64,000 nt of DNA from an uncultured Eubacteriales bacterium (GCA_959600905.1 CAUGNO010000003.1:113136-177135); one strand, 5' to 3'; numbered from the stretch's first letter, positions 17,446 to 27,654 are shown. The notes: generated by a model not told the origin, from the letters alone. Numbers and translations: made by a program.

Positions 17446-19356
17446 ATGGCGCTTTTGGCAGCTTACAACATTTCAAAATCATATGGCGACAGAGTCTTGT
17501 TTTCCTCTGTCAATTTTGAGTTGCAGGCCAAAAGCCGTACAGGCCTAGTTGGGGCAAATGGTACGGGCAAAACCACGCTGTTTCGGTTGTTGGCCGGGCA
17601 AGAGCAAGCGGACAGCGGCCATATTTCTCTGGATAAAAATACCAAAATCGGCTATATGGAACAGCATGCAGCTTTTAAAGCGGAAAGATCCGTTTATGAG
17701 GAAACGCTGTCCTTATTTTCTCCGTTGATGGCAGACGAGGCTGCATTGGAGCAGCTCAACCATCAAATTGAACGCCAAACCGGGGATCTGGATCAGCTTG
17801 TGAAAAAGCAAAACGCTTTGCTGGAACGCTATCAGCAAAACGGCGGGCTTACTTATCAGGCCCGCACCCGTAGCATGCTGCTTGGCATGGGATTTTCGCA
17901 AAGCGATCTGTCTTTGCCAATGAAAGCGCTTTCTGGCGGCCAGCAAAGCAAAGTGCAAATGTGTAAGCTGTTGCTCTCTGGCGCAGATCTCCTGCTTTTG
18001 GACGAACCAACCAACCACTTGGACATCCAAAGCGTAGAATGGCTGGAAAGCTTTTTGCAAACCTATCCGGGCGCGCTTTTGGTCGTTTCCCATGACCGTT
18101 ATTTTTTGGATAAGATCTGTACGTCGATCCTGTCGCTGGAGCACGGTAGCGTGAAGCGCTATGCGGGCAACTATTCTCAGTTTTACCAAAAACGCGAGCA
18201 GCAACGCATAGAAGAAGAGCGTCATTATAAAAATGCGCAAAGAGAGATCCAGCGCATGGAAAGCATGATCACCCAGCTGCGTCGCTGGAATCGTGAAAAA
18301 TCCATCCGAACGGCGGAAAGCAAAGAAAAGCAGCTGGCAAAATTGAAGGATAGCGTTAAAGCGCCCACGCCTGTTGCCCCAACGCTTGGTTTTTCGTTGT
18401 CCGTTGCGCAGATAAGCGGGCAGGATGTGCTCATAGCCGAGCACCTATCCAAAGCCTACAACAAACCACTGTTTACCGATGTATCTCTGCATATCCGGAA
18501 AGGAGAGCGTGTATTTTTGCTGGGGCCAAATGGCTGCGGCAAAACCACGCTGTTCCGCATTTTGATGAAAAAAATTAAGCCGGACGTTGGCTTGGTGCAG
18601 TATGGCGCCAATGTGCGGCCCGGGTATTATGACCAGACGCAAAGCGGGCTATCCCCCCGGGCAACGGCCCTGGAGGAGATCCAAAATGCATACCCACATA
18701 TGAACGATACCCAGGCGCGCAGTGCACTGGCGATGTTTTTATTTCGGGGTGATGACGTTTTCAAACCGATTGCCGCGCTCTCCGGCGGAGAAAAAGCTCG
18801 GATCGAGCTATTAAAGCTGATGCTCTCGGAATCGAATTTTTTGCTTTTGGACGAGCCGACAAACCACCTGGACGCCGATTCGCGGGAAGCGTTGGAAAAT
18901 GCCCTGGAGGGCTATGAAGGCACGCTGTTTGCCATAACGCACGACCGGTATTTGGCCAACCGATTGGCAACAAGAATCCTCGCGTTTACGCCGGATGGAT
19001 TGCGCGAAAGCCTGGGCAATTATAATGATTATCTGCGGAATGCAGAGCAGTGGGCCCTACAAGCACAGCCGAGCCCGGAGAAAGCGCCGAAGGCCGCGGT
19101 CGTTACGCAAAGCAAGCAGCAGCGGGAATCCTCCATTCAGCTTCGCAGGCTAAAGGCGCAGCTTCGTAAATGTGAAGATGAAATCTCCAAGCTGGAAGAG
19201 GCAATTGCCCATAGTGAGCAGCAGCTTTCTGATCCGTCTCTTGCATCGGATTATCAGAAAATGATGGAAATTACCGATACGCTAGATGCGCAAAAGCAGC
19301 AGCTGGATCAAGCGATGGAGCGTTGGGAATCCTTGAGTCTTGAAATTGGAGAATAA
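17446..19356 (+). CDS. ABC-F family ATPase (two ABC cassettes plus C-terminal coiled coil)
   Basis: Two Walker A sites (GANGTGKTT, GPNGCGKTT), two signatures (LSGGQQSKV, LSGGEKARI), no TM segment, and a C-terminal charged coiled coil. Start at the ATG 17446 with a GAGGGA RBS. Confidence 0.85.
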   Translation: MALLAAYNISKSYGDRVLFSSVNFELQAKSRTGLVGANGTGKTTLFRLLAGQEQADSGHISLDKNTKIGYMEQHAAFKAERSVYEETLSLFSPLMADEAALEQLNHQIERQTGDLDQLVKKQNALLERYQQNGGLTYQARTRSMLLGMGFSQSDLSLPMKALSGGQQSKVQMCKLLLSGADLLLLDEPTNHLDIQSVEWLESFLQTYPGALLVVSHDRYFLDKICTSILSLEHGSVKRYAGNYSQFYQKREQQRIEEERHYKNAQREIQRMESMITQLRRWNREKSIRTAESKEKQLAKLKDSVKAPTPVAPTLGFSLSVAQISGQDVLIAEHLSKAYNKPLFTDVSLHIRKGERVFLLGPNGCGKTTLFRILMKKIKPDVGLVQYGANVRPGYYDQTQSGLSPRATALEEIQNAYPHMNDTQARSALAMFLFRGDDVFKPIAALSGGEKARIELLKLMLSESNFLLLDEPTNHLDADSREALENALEGYEGTLFAITHDRYLANRLATRILAFTPDGLRESLGNYNDYLRNAEQWALQAQPSPEKAPKAAVVTQSKQQRESSIQLRRLKAQLRKCEDEISKLEEAIAHSEQQLSDPSLASDYQKMMEITDTLDAQKQQLDQAMERWESLSLEIGE

Positions 19357-19396
19357 GCTCTATTTGATAAAAATACCAGAAGGGGGTATGTGATAA

Positions 19397-19987
19397 ATGC
19401 CAAAGTTTTTAAATGAAGAATTTACCTGGATGAACCCAGGAACGTTAACGCCGGAAGAAAACGGGTTTTCCATCGCTGCTCCTCCGCATTCTGATTTTTT
19501 CAGAGATCCTACGGAGGATAAGCTCATCTGTGAAAATGCGCCGTTCTTTTATACGGAGGTTACGGGCGATTTTGTGCTGCGTGCGACGGTGTGGCATGAT
19601 TTCATTGCGGCAGGGGATGCCTGTACATTAATGGTCATGGATACGCCAACCTTATGGGCCAAGGCATGCTTTGAGCAAACATATTTCGGGTCGCACACCG
19701 CCGTAAGCGTGGTCACCAACGGCTTATCGGACGACGCCAATGGGCAAAACATCATAGAACAAGAAGCCATTACCCTGCAATATGCGCGTAAGGGAAATAC
19801 CTTTGCCATCCACTATTCGCTGGATGGAGAGCATTTCTATATGATGCGCCTTTTCAATCTACCGATGCGTGAAACGGTCAAGGTTGGTTTTGTGGCGCAA
19901 TCCCCCGCAGGCGAAGGTGGCATTATGCATTTTAAGGATGTTTCCTTAGAGCACCGCAGCATCCGGGATATGCGCGTGGGCCGCTGA
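19397..19987 (+). CDS. DUF1349 domain protein (concanavalin-like beta-sandwich)
   Basis: Matches the DUF1349 pattern (FYTEVTGDF...IHYSLDGEHFYMMRLF...KVGFVAQSPAGEG). Confidence 0.6.
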   Translation: MPKFLNEEFTWMNPGTLTPEENGFSIAAPPHSDFFRDPTEDKLICENAPFFYTEVTGDFVLRATVWHDFIAAGDACTLMVMDTPTLWAKACFEQTYFGSHTAVSVVTNGLSDDANGQNIIEQEAITLQYARKGNTFAIHYSLDGEHFYMMRLFNLPMRETVKVGFVAQSPAGEGGIMHFKDVSLEHRSIRDMRVGR

Positions 19988-20030
19988 GCTGTATGCCGGC
20001 AGTGCCAAACCCAATCGCATTTGTTTAAAT

Positions 20031-20060
20031 GAAAAAAGCCGTGGCAATGCCACGGCTTTT
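20031..20060. terminator. bidirectional terminator (gccgtggca-atg-ccacggc) between DUF1349 (+) and fhs (-)
   Basis: aaaaaagccgtggcaatgccacggcttttt. Confidence 0.7.
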
Positions 20061-20068
20061 TGATTGCA

Positions 20069-21739
20069 TCAAAAGATACCGTCTATCTGTCCCTGTTCGT
20101 TGATACAGATGTTTTCCGCTGCCGGTTTTTTCGGCAACCCCGGCATTGTCATCATCTGCCCCGTCAAGGCGACGATAAAGCCTGCCCCAGCGGATACCTT
20201 CATGCTGCGCACGGTCAATACAAAGTCCTGCGGCCGTCCCTTTTTCTTTGCATCATCGGAAAGCGACATCTGTGTCTTGGCCATGCAGACAGGCGTTTTG
20301 CCAAAGCCATTTTCCGTAAGGCTGCGCATTTGCTCTTTCGCTTGGTCAGTAAAGGAGACATCCTTTGCTCCATAGATCTTGGTAGCGATCGTACGTATTT
20401 TCTCCTCTATGCTCTGCGTTTGGTCATAGAGGAAATGCGGGCCGTTGTTGGGCGTTTCCATCGCCCGCAATACAGCATCCGCCAGCGCCAGCGCGCCCTG
20501 GCCGCCTTTGGCCCATACCTCTGTCAATACTGCTTTGACGCCCAGTTCCTTTTCACAGAAGGACAGCACGGTTTCTAGTTCCTCATCGCTATCCGAAACA
20601 AAGCGATTGAGCGCCACCACCGTAGGCAGCTGGAATTTCTGCGCCATGTTTTCTACATGCGCCTGCAGGTTGCAAAGGCCCTGGCGCAGCGCCTGTACAT
20701 TCGGGATATTGAGATCGTCCTTGGCCACACCACCGTGGAATTTCAAAGCGCGTACCGTAGCAACAACGACGCAGGCATCCGGCCAAATGGCCGCCTTGCG
20801 GCATTTGATATCCAAAAACTTTTCCGCCCCCAGGTCCGCGCCAAAGCCCGCCTCCGTCACTGTGACCTCCGCCAGCCTGCGCGCCAGGTTTGTCGCCGCT
20901 ACTGTATTGCAGCCATGCGCGATGTTGGCAAATGGGCCGCCATGCACCAGGGCCGGCGTACCGCCCAGGCTTTGTACCAGATTGGGCTGCATTGCCTCTT
21001 TCAAAAGCGCAGCCATCGCCCCCTCTGCATGTAGATCCCTTGCTGTAACAGGATGATCCTCCTCGTCATATCCCACGATCAAATTGCCCAGCCGCCGCGT
21101 TAGATCCTCCAAATCGCTGGCCAGGCAAAGCGTCGCCATGACCTCACTGGCCGCTGTAATATCAAAGCCATCCTCTCTGGGCACGCCGTCCTTGCTGCCG
21201 CCGAGGCCACTTTGGATCACACGAAGCTGCCTATCGTTCATATCCATGCAGCGTTTCCAGGTCACACGCTTGATATGCTTTTCATTCCCTTGGAAAATAT
21301 GATTGTCCACCATGGCTGCCAATAGGTTATTGGCCACCCCGATGGCGTGTAGATCGCCGGTAAAATGCAGATTGATCTCATCCATCGGCACAATCTGCGC
21401 CATGCCGCCGCCCGTGGCCCCGCCTTTGACGCCAAATACAGGGCCGAGGGATGGCTCGCGCAGCGCTAACATTGTTTTAACGCCTTTTAGATTCAGCCCA
21501 TCCGCCAAACCGATGGAAACCGTTGTTTTGCCTTCCCCGGCAGGGGTCGGTGTGATCGCTGTTACCAGCACCAGCTTCCCCGGCTCATTCTGCTGTACCC
21601 GCTCTATGGCCTCCTGATCTACCTTGGCTTTGTTTTTTCCATAATAGCAAAGCTCTTTTCGCAAAAGGCCTGCTCTTTTCGCAATGTCCTCTAGGGGCAG
21701 AGCCACATGCTCCCTTGCGATTTCTACATCCGATTTCAT
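20069..21739 (-). CDS. fhs: formate--tetrahydrofolate ligase
   Basis: 556 aa. PTPAGEGKTT P-loop and full-length FTHFS similarity. Confidence 0.9.
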   Translation of the reverse strand: MKSDVEIAREHVALPLEDIAKRAGLLRKELCYYGKNKAKVDQEAIERVQQNEPGKLVLVTAITPTPAGEGKTTVSIGLADGLNLKGVKTMLALREPSLGPVFGVKGGATGGGMAQIVPMDEINLHFTGDLHAIGVANNLLAAMVDNHIFQGNEKHIKRVTWKRCMDMNDRQLRVIQSGLGGSKDGVPREDGFDITAASEVMATLCLASDLEDLTRRLGNLIVGYDEEDHPVTARDLHAEGAMAALLKEAMQPNLVQSLGGTPALVHGGPFANIAHGCNTVAATNLARRLAEVTVTEAGFGADLGAEKFLDIKCRKAAIWPDACVVVATVRALKFHGGVAKDDLNIPNVQALRQGLCNLQAHVENMAQKFQLPTVVALNRFVSDSDEELETVLSFCEKELGVKAVLTEVWAKGGQGALALADAVLRAMETPNNGPHFLYDQTQSIEEKIRTIATKIYGAKDVSFTDQAKEQMRSLTENGFGKTPVCMAKTQMSLSDDAKKKGRPQDFVLTVRSMKVSAGAGFIVALTGQMMTMPGLPKKPAAENICINEQGQIDGIF

Positions 21740-21763
21740 AGCGAAAACTCCCTTTCTCTTTAT

Positions 21764-22249
21764 TTACATTCCTTCGTTGAGAAATTTCACTTTATCCAGC
21801 GCCTTTGCCAGCGGATATCCCAGGCCAACGCAGGCAATTGCCTGGCCGATGCCTACATAAATGACCCCAAGCCAATAGGCCTGCTCGGCAAAAATCGATA
21901 GCACGATGGGCACTAGCAGCGCATTGGTGATGACCGGCATACACAGCGCCAGCACCCTGTTTTTCTTTGCAAAGATGGCGACCCCCAATGCCCCTAAAAA
22001 CGTTGCCAACGTACCAAGGGTGATATCGAGGATTCCAAACGGGCTCCAAAACAGGTTGCTCAACAAACAGCCCACCGTCAGCCCCGGCACCATCCAAGGA
22101 CTAAATAATGCCAAAGCGCAAAGCGCCTCGGAAACACGGACCTGTATGCCTCCAAAGCTAATGGGGGCAAACAACCCCGTGGCTGCAATATACAACGCTG
22201 CGACCATGGCCGCCAGCGCAAGGGCCTTGATGCTTCTTCCCTTTTTCAT
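21764..22249 (-). CDS. queT: queuosine precursor transporter QueT (ECF-type S component)
   Basis: 161-aa membrane protein matching the QueT family (IAATGLFAPISFGGIQVRVSEAL...). The short leader gives no room for a preQ1 riboswitch. Confidence 0.6.
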   Translation of the reverse strand: MKKGRSIKALALAAMVAALYIAATGLFAPISFGGIQVRVSEALCALALFSPWMVPGLTVGCLLSNLFWSPFGILDITLGTLATFLGALGVAIFAKKNRVLALCMPVITNALLVPIVLSIFAEQAYWLGVIYVGIGQAIACVGLGYPLAKALDKVKFLNEGM

Positions 22250-22412
22250 TCCTTCACACTCCTATGATAATATTATAACATATACGCCCTAGGAACTCAG
22301 AGGATTTTCCTCATGGCAAGTCATTTGAAATGGATCACACCTACCAATGTCTGACAATTTATTGCAAAAAGATTTAATAAATGTTAATATTTTATTACTT
22401 TTGGAGGTGCCT

Positions 22413-23036
22413 ATGAGAAAACTAATCCATGGACAGTCTATTTTTCATATATTGACTGCTTTCCTTTTATGTTTTGCAACAATGCTGGCTCTATCTTTTC
22501 CTGTAAGAGCCAATGCTAAGGATACTTCGCCCCTGGCCGAGCTGCCTATACATATGGAAGCGATCATAGCGCAGTATCAGGATATTATGGAGAAAAATCC
22601 AATCAGCTTATTGTCCTGGGAGCAAGTCGATACGATTTTTCCCCACAACACAACCGTTGAGGTGATCGATGTAGAGACAGGACAGCGTTTTTTTGTACAG
22701 CGTATGTACGGCTCCTTGCATGCGGACGTCGTACCAAAACAGCAACAGGATACCCAGATCCTGTCAACACTCTATGGCGGCACGTATAGTTGGGATCGCC
22801 GCGCCATCGTAGTAGGGTTAGCGGGAAGGTATTTCGCCGCCTCCATGAACGGTATGCCGCACGGAAATGGGATAGAGGGCAACGGGTATCCTGGCCATTT
22901 TTGTATTCATTTTGCAGACAGCAGAACACATGGCGGGCGCACTGTATGTCCACAGCATCAAGCAAAGATTCACCAAGCCTATGAGCAGGGCGGCCAATGG
23001 CTCTCTTTTGAAGAAAGATGGCGCAGCTTTGTTTAG
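22413..23036 (+). CDS. hypothetical secreted protein
   Basis: Signal peptide MRKLIHGQSIFHILTAFLLCFATMLALSFPVRA after a GGAGGTG RBS. No family assigned (weak resemblance of GHFCIHFADS to L,D-transpeptidase active-site region). Confidence 0.45.
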   Translation: MRKLIHGQSIFHILTAFLLCFATMLALSFPVRANAKDTSPLAELPIHMEAIIAQYQDIMEKNPISLLSWEQVDTIFPHNTTVEVIDVETGQRFFVQRMYGSLHADVVPKQQQDTQILSTLYGGTYSWDRRAIVVGLAGRYFAASMNGMPHGNGIEGNGYPGHFCIHFADSRTHGGRTVCPQHQAKIHQAYEQGGQWLSFEERWRSFV

Positions 23037-23093
23037 AGCATGGCCAATTTTCCTCTTGACATAATCTTTCTTTTCATTATAATAAATATGCAT

Positions 23094-23118
23094 GGGGCAT
23101 TGGCACAGTTGGTAGTCT
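23094..23118 (+). repeat. 25-nt direct copy of the 5' end of the downstream tRNA-Ala (atggggcattggcacagttggtagt), not a functional tRNA
   Basis: Identical to 23175-23199, then diverges. No cloverleaf can be completed. Confidence 0.6.
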
Positions 23119-23178
23119 TTCCTGCGTGCTTTACACCATGAGGAAAACTTAACTGGATAGCACTCAACATAACAATAT

Positions 23179-23254
23179 GGGGCATTGGCACAGTTGGTAG
23201 TGCGCCTCGTTCGCATCGAGGAGGTCAGCGGTTCGACTCCGCTATGCTCCACCA
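23179..23254 (+). tRNA. tRNA-Ala (anticodon CGC)
   Basis: 76-nt cloverleaf. Acceptor GGGGCAU/AUGCUCC with G3:U70, D-stem GCAC/GUGC, anticodon stem CCUCG/CGAGG with loop UUCGCAU, T-loop GGUUCGACUCC, encoded CCA. Confidence 0.85.
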
Positions 23255-23257
23255 AAA

Positions 23258-23286
23258 AGACAACCTTAAAAGGTTGTCTTTTTTGC
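23258..23286 (+). terminator. rho-independent terminator after tRNA-Ala (agacaacctt-aaa-aggttgtct plus T6)
   Basis: Perfect 10-bp stem followed by tttttt. Confidence 0.8.
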
Positions 23287-23398
23287 ATATAGGTGCTTGA
23301 CACGCTGCCCTTTCTACCTATTTGATGTGTGAAAAACACAGAGGTTCAGAAAAAAAGAGATACCCTACAAAGGCATCTCTTCTTGTATTCTTCGGTGT

Positions 23399-24154
23399 TT
23401 ATTGCTGGGTAGCCTGATCTATACAGGCAATGGCATTGAGCGCGCGAGGGAATCCAATGAAAGGTAGGCATTGCGTGATCGCCTGTATCATTGTTTCTCT
23501 CGTATTTCCAACGCTTACATTGCCTGCTGCATGCGCCTTTGCCTGGGCCTCGCATCCGCCCAGGCAGCAAATGGCGCAGAAGGTGATAAGCTCCCTCATC
23601 TTTAGATCCAATGTTTTGCGTGTATAGAAATCCCCGAAGCAATACGCGGACAAATACGCTTGGATATGCTTTAGCTCTTCGGGGGCGAAAGCACGCATGG
23701 CATCAATGTTTTCTTTGCCAAAGATCCGTCGCTGCACCTCTAGCCCCTTTTCCAGGCGCGTCTGCTCTGTGACCGTCGCTTGGTCTGCCAGCGGCAGCTG
23801 AATGCCCTTGGCTTCAAATACTCGATTCACTTCTTCCAGAGCACACTGTACCTTCTCCATTCCAATATAGGGGGTACATTGGATAAGCGCTTCTTTGATC
23901 TCTTCCGGCGCAGCCTCCGCGGCCAGCGCAGCCTGTGTGTATTTTTCGATGGCCGGCCAGGTCTGGCAGGTTGTCAGCGCTACGAGGACAATCAATGCTC
24001 TCTGCGCATCGGAAAGCGTTCCATGATGGGCTACATCGCCATACAAAAATCGCTGGGTTATCTTCTGAAATTCTGGATCCTGCCCATTGTTTTCCAGCCC
24101 ACCGGCCGCCATCCCGGTCTGGAGAATTTTTTGCATGCGTTCCATTCTATCCAT
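23399..24154 (-). CDS. carboxymuconolactone decarboxylase family protein (tandem CMD/AhpD-like domains)
   Basis: Two CMD-like halves, with conserved Cys-containing helices (ITFCAICCLGGCEAQ). Confidence 0.6.
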   Translation of the reverse strand: MDRMERMQKILQTGMAAGGLENNGQDPEFQKITQRFLYGDVAHHGTLSDAQRALIVLVALTTCQTWPAIEKYTQAALAAEAAPEEIKEALIQCTPYIGMEKVQCALEEVNRVFEAKGIQLPLADQATVTEQTRLEKGLEVQRRIFGKENIDAMRAFAPEELKHIQAYLSAYCFGDFYTRKTLDLKMRELITFCAICCLGGCEAQAKAHAAGNVSVGNTRETMIQAITQCLPFIGFPRALNAIACIDQATQQ

Positions 24155-24177
24155 TTTTTCTGCTCCTCTCTACTCGT

Positions 24178-25215
24178 TCAAATCCTTTGTTCTCCCGTAG
24201 ACCAGACATGCTGTTCTTTGGCCGAGGCCGCAGTATTCTGCGCCATTACGCCCACCAGCGCATGCGGCACATATGGCGCTTCCAGGCGAGCCAATTCCTC
24301 CGGCGTCAGCCTCAGATCCACAGCCTTGGCCGCGCCTTCTATATGGGTTTGTTTTGTAGCGCCCACCACCGGGGCCGTTGTCTTGGTCAGCAGCCAAGCC
24401 AGCGATATCTCTGTCATAGAAACGCCCCTTTGCTCTGCTAACTGGGCCACTTGTTGTATAATCTTTTGATCTTCTGCTTCCGTACTGTCATACTTTAGCT
24501 TGGCATACGCATCCTCCGCCAAGCGCTTGGTTGGCTGCCCCTTGCGCTTTGCCAGACGCCCTCCGGCCAGCGCGCTGTAAGGCGTCATCGCAATATTTTC
24601 TTCCCGGCAGTAGGGCACCATTTCCCTTTCCTCTTCGCGAAAAATCAAATTGTAATGCCCCTGGACGGAAACGAATTTGGCAAAGCCCTCCTTTTCTGCC
24701 AAAGCGTTTGCTTTTGCCAACTGCCAAGCAAAACAATTTGAAATGCCGATATACCGTGCCTTTCCCGCTTCTACCACACGGTTCAAGCCCTCCATAATAT
24801 CGTACAATGGCGTCTGATAATCCCACATATGGTAGATGTAGAGATCCACATACTCCATACCCAGATTTTGCAGACTTTTATTGAGCATCCGTTCTATGTG
24901 CTCCTGTGCAGTAATGCCTTGCTCTATCTCCTCGGCCGTACGCGGCAAAAATTTGGTAGCCACAACAACTTGGTCGCGCTGGGCAAAATCGCGCAAAGCG
25001 CGCCCTAGATATTGCTCGCTGGTGCCGCTTTGATAAGCGATGGCTGTATCAAAAAAATTTACGCCCAGTTCCAACCCACGACGAATGATCCTTCTGCTCT
25101 CTTCCTCGTTAATGGTCCAGGAATGCTGACCCTTGCTGGCGTCTCCAAAACCCATGCATCCCATACAGATGCGGGATATCGTCAAATCGGCATTGCCCAG
25201 CTTTGTATATTGCAT
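24178..25215 (-). CDS. aldo/keto reductase family oxidoreductase
   Basis: MQYTKLGNADLTISRICMGCMGFG..., AKR TIM-barrel motifs. Co-oriented with the CMD gene (23-nt gap). Confidence 0.8.
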   Translation of the reverse strand: MQYTKLGNADLTISRICMGCMGFGDASKGQHSWTINEEESRRIIRRGLELGVNFFDTAIAYQSGTSEQYLGRALRDFAQRDQVVVATKFLPRTAEEIEQGITAQEHIERMLNKSLQNLGMEYVDLYIYHMWDYQTPLYDIMEGLNRVVEAGKARYIGISNCFAWQLAKANALAEKEGFAKFVSVQGHYNLIFREEEREMVPYCREENIAMTPYSALAGGRLAKRKGQPTKRLAEDAYAKLKYDSTEAEDQKIIQQVAQLAEQRGVSMTEISLAWLLTKTTAPVVGATKQTHIEGAAKAVDLRLTPEELARLEAPYVPHALVGVMAQNTAASAKEQHVWSTGEQRI

Positions 25216-25274
25216 ATTCTTTCCTCCTTAACGTCTGGTTTTCTGCCAATGTGCCCTATATCTATGTGAAAACA

Positions 25275-25312
25275 TAAAAATAGAAAAAAGGTGTCCGTAT
25301 CTGGACACCTTT
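25275..25312 (-). terminator. terminator after the permease gene (ggtgtcc-gtatct-ggacacc, T-run on the minus strand)
   Basis: aaggtgtccgtatctggacacctt preceded on + by an A-rich run. Confidence 0.5.
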
Positions 25313-25383
25313 ATTGTAAGGAATCGCAATTAGAATGTCTAATACCTATCTTGTATCCTCATGAATGCCTAAAACGAATTGCA

Positions 25384-26943
25384 TTAAGCCCTCAATCGAA
25401 ACGTTTTTGGGGCAAATCGATAAATAAGCAGGCAGGTAACCAAGCAATAGACGGCGCAAAATACAATGGTCATAGCGCCAAAGACCAGCGTGGGCATGCG
25501 TACCTGCATCATCAAAAAGCAGGCAAGGTATGTCAGCGACATCAAGAGCTGGTAGGTTCCGCTTTTCATTTCTGTGCCCGCATTGTATGGCTGCAAAAGA
25601 TAATACAGCGTTAGGTAATGCACGGAAAAAACGATGCTCATGCAAGCAAGGGAAATCACCACGACTGCATAATTCCATGGCGAACTCGTGCCTCCTGAAG
25701 CATACAGTAAAACCGACAGCCCGACACCCAAAATCAGTGCAGGCGGCAAATTGATTTTGATGATCTCGCGCAGCCTGATACGAAACAAACGAAGGATGTA
25801 TTTCGGCTGTTTGTAAAACGAATAGGTTAAAAGGCTGTGATCGCAATTCATAAACAGCGCTTTGGTAAAGCCCGTTCCCCTATTCATGGCATACATTATA
25901 AATACAAAATAAGGGAGAAAAGTCAGCAGCAGCTCGTTGGCCCGCAGCCTGATCTGGGGCATACAGTAAAAAGCAAGCAGCAGGCCCAGCACAGCAAAGC
26001 AACAGGCAAAGGAAATACGCTTGGTGGACCGCCACAGAATTTTTTGATGGCGCTTTACAAACAACTCATTGAGGTATTCAAATCCTTTTTTGCCGCTGGT
26101 CAGCGTCGTATCTGCCGAAATGCTTTTTTCGCTCATCTGCTTTGAGATCTGCGCCGGGCTATCCATCTGGGTCATCAGCTGGCTTAGCAGCTGCTGGTTT
26201 ACCGCCCTATACGCATCAAAGGAAACGATTTGGCGCACAGCCATAAGGCCTGCCGGCAAACAGACCAGCATCAAGGCAGCCGATACCGGCATAGGAATGG
26301 CCCAGCCCAAAGCCGGCCCACCATAGGCAAGGCCCAGCAACAGCGCCATGCAAATCCATTGGTATTTGCCCAGCCTATTTTCGTTGTATACATGTCCATT
26401 TCGTTTATACGCGCGCAAAGAAGCAGTCGTTACCGCCGCCTTCATCCCGGCAATGCAAAAGGGAATACATAGACAAAGCCACACCGGCACGCTGCTTTTA
26501 AGGCCAAACCAGATGGTGAACGGGAGAAAGCCGGCTACCACCTTTCCCATAGCATATGCATAATTGACCAGCGTATAGTTTCGCGCATCCATCCTCATGA
26601 GCATCATGGCATAGTATTTATCGCGCGTTGGGTTAAACAAGCTGGTGTTGGCAAAGGCGCCGATCACGGTAAGTAGCAGCAGGATATGCAAAAACACCGA
26701 ACTGGGCGCCGCGTTTTGATAGAGAAAAGCCAGGCCGCCTATCATGGTGATAAAATACAAAAATTTTCCTAAAAAACCGAGAGCAATTCCCAGATCGCCG
26801 ACAGGATATTGGCGAAAAGCTTGAGGCTCCGTACCCGATACAGCGTTTCTGGCAACAGCCTTTTTACCAGCGGGATCTGTTTGAACGCATATAGAATTGT
26901 ATTGACCCGGTACGTATTTTTTAGGGCAAAAGAGATGCGCCAT
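25384..26943 (-). CDS. polytopic membrane protein, putative ABC transporter permease partner
   Basis: 519 aa, at least 10 predicted TM helices. Immediately downstream of an ABC ATPase (3-nt gap). Confidence 0.5.
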   Translation of the reverse strand: MAHLFCPKKYVPGQYNSICVQTDPAGKKAVARNAVSGTEPQAFRQYPVGDLGIALGFLGKFLYFITMIGGLAFLYQNAAPSSVFLHILLLLTVIGAFANTSLFNPTRDKYYAMMLMRMDARNYTLVNYAYAMGKVVAGFLPFTIWFGLKSSVPVWLCLCIPFCIAGMKAAVTTASLRAYKRNGHVYNENRLGKYQWICMALLLGLAYGGPALGWAIPMPVSAALMLVCLPAGLMAVRQIVSFDAYRAVNQQLLSQLMTQMDSPAQISKQMSEKSISADTTLTSGKKGFEYLNELFVKRHQKILWRSTKRISFACCFAVLGLLLAFYCMPQIRLRANELLLTFLPYFVFIMYAMNRGTGFTKALFMNCDHSLLTYSFYKQPKYILRLFRIRLREIIKINLPPALILGVGLSVLLYASGGTSSPWNYAVVVISLACMSIVFSVHYLTLYYLLQPYNAGTEMKSGTYQLLMSLTYLACFLMMQVRMPTLVFGAMTIVFCAVYCLVTCLLIYRFAPKTFRLRA

Positions 26944-26946
26944 GTC

Positions 26947-27654
26947 TTATACATTTTCTTCCTCCCGCAGGGCCGCTATGATCTTTTCCTTAAAGCCATG
27001 GCCATCCAGGTTGCTTTTTTTCACCGATTCCAGCATGCCATGGCTCAAGAGTACGATTTCATCGCACAAATCAAGGGCAAGATCCATAAGATGCGTGGAA
27101 AAGATGGTGATCCTTCCCTGTTTTAAGGAGCGAAGAAGCTGTTTCATCTCCTCCGCCACCACGACATCTAGCGAAGTCAGCGGCTCGTCGAGCAGCAGCA
27201 GTTTCGGTTGTGCGATGATATTGACGAGCATCTGCATTTTGTTTTTCATGCCGTGAGAATAATCTTTCAACAGCTTATCCCTATCCTCCGGTACAATGCT
27301 CATCCTATCAAAATAGTCGTCAATGCTTAGCGGAGACGCAATCGTATCTTCGTTGATCTCTAGGAAAAATTTTAGAAATTCCCGTGCTGTTAAAAACTCC
27401 GGTACGGCAGGCGTGGAAAGCACATAACCGATCTCCTCAGCCGCTATATTTCGGCGGACGCCCTCCTCTTCCAGATAAAACGAGCCCGCATCCACGCGGA
27501 TATCCCCATTCAGACAATTAAACAGCGTTGTTTTGCCTGCGCCGTTTCTGCCCAAAAGCCCGTAGATCTTGCCGGTTTCAAAGGTAAAATCTATGTCTTG
27601 AAGCACCTCTTTTTTCCCGTAGCGTTTTTTCAGATGCTCTATGACAAATTTCAT
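26947..27654 (-). CDS. ABC transporter ATP-binding protein
   Basis: Walker A GRNGAGKTT, signature YSHGMKNKM, Walker B LLLLDEP. Start at the ATG 27654 with an AAGGAGAA RBS; the ORF track extension is spurious. Confidence 0.8.
   Translation of the reverse strand: MKFVIEHLKKRYGKKEVLQDIDFTFETGKIYGLLGRNGAGKTTLFNCLNGDIRVDAGSFYLEEEGVRRNIAAEEIGYVLSTPAVPEFLTAREFLKFFLEINEDTIASPLSIDDYFDRMSIVPEDRDKLLKDYSHGMKNKMQMLVNIIAQPKLLLLDEPLTSLDVVVAEEMKQLLRSLKQGRITIFSTHLMDLALDLCDEIVLLSHGMLESVKKSNLDGHGFKEKIIAALREEENV

Noticed and set aside
20445-21056. 203-aa plus-strand ORF inside fhs
   Set aside because: Antisense to formate-tetrahydrofolate ligase.
22250-22346. Possible preQ1 riboswitch upstream of queT
   Set aside because: A TATAAT box only about 25 nt upstream of the RBS leaves a leader too short for an aptamer. 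The sequence (gagttcctagggcg) does not fit the preQ1-I hairpin-plus-A-rich-tail consensus.
23094-23170. A second tRNA upstream of tRNA-Ala
   Set aside because: Only the first 25 nt match. The remainder cannot form anticodon or T arms, so it is a partial duplicate, not a gene or an intron-containing tRNA.
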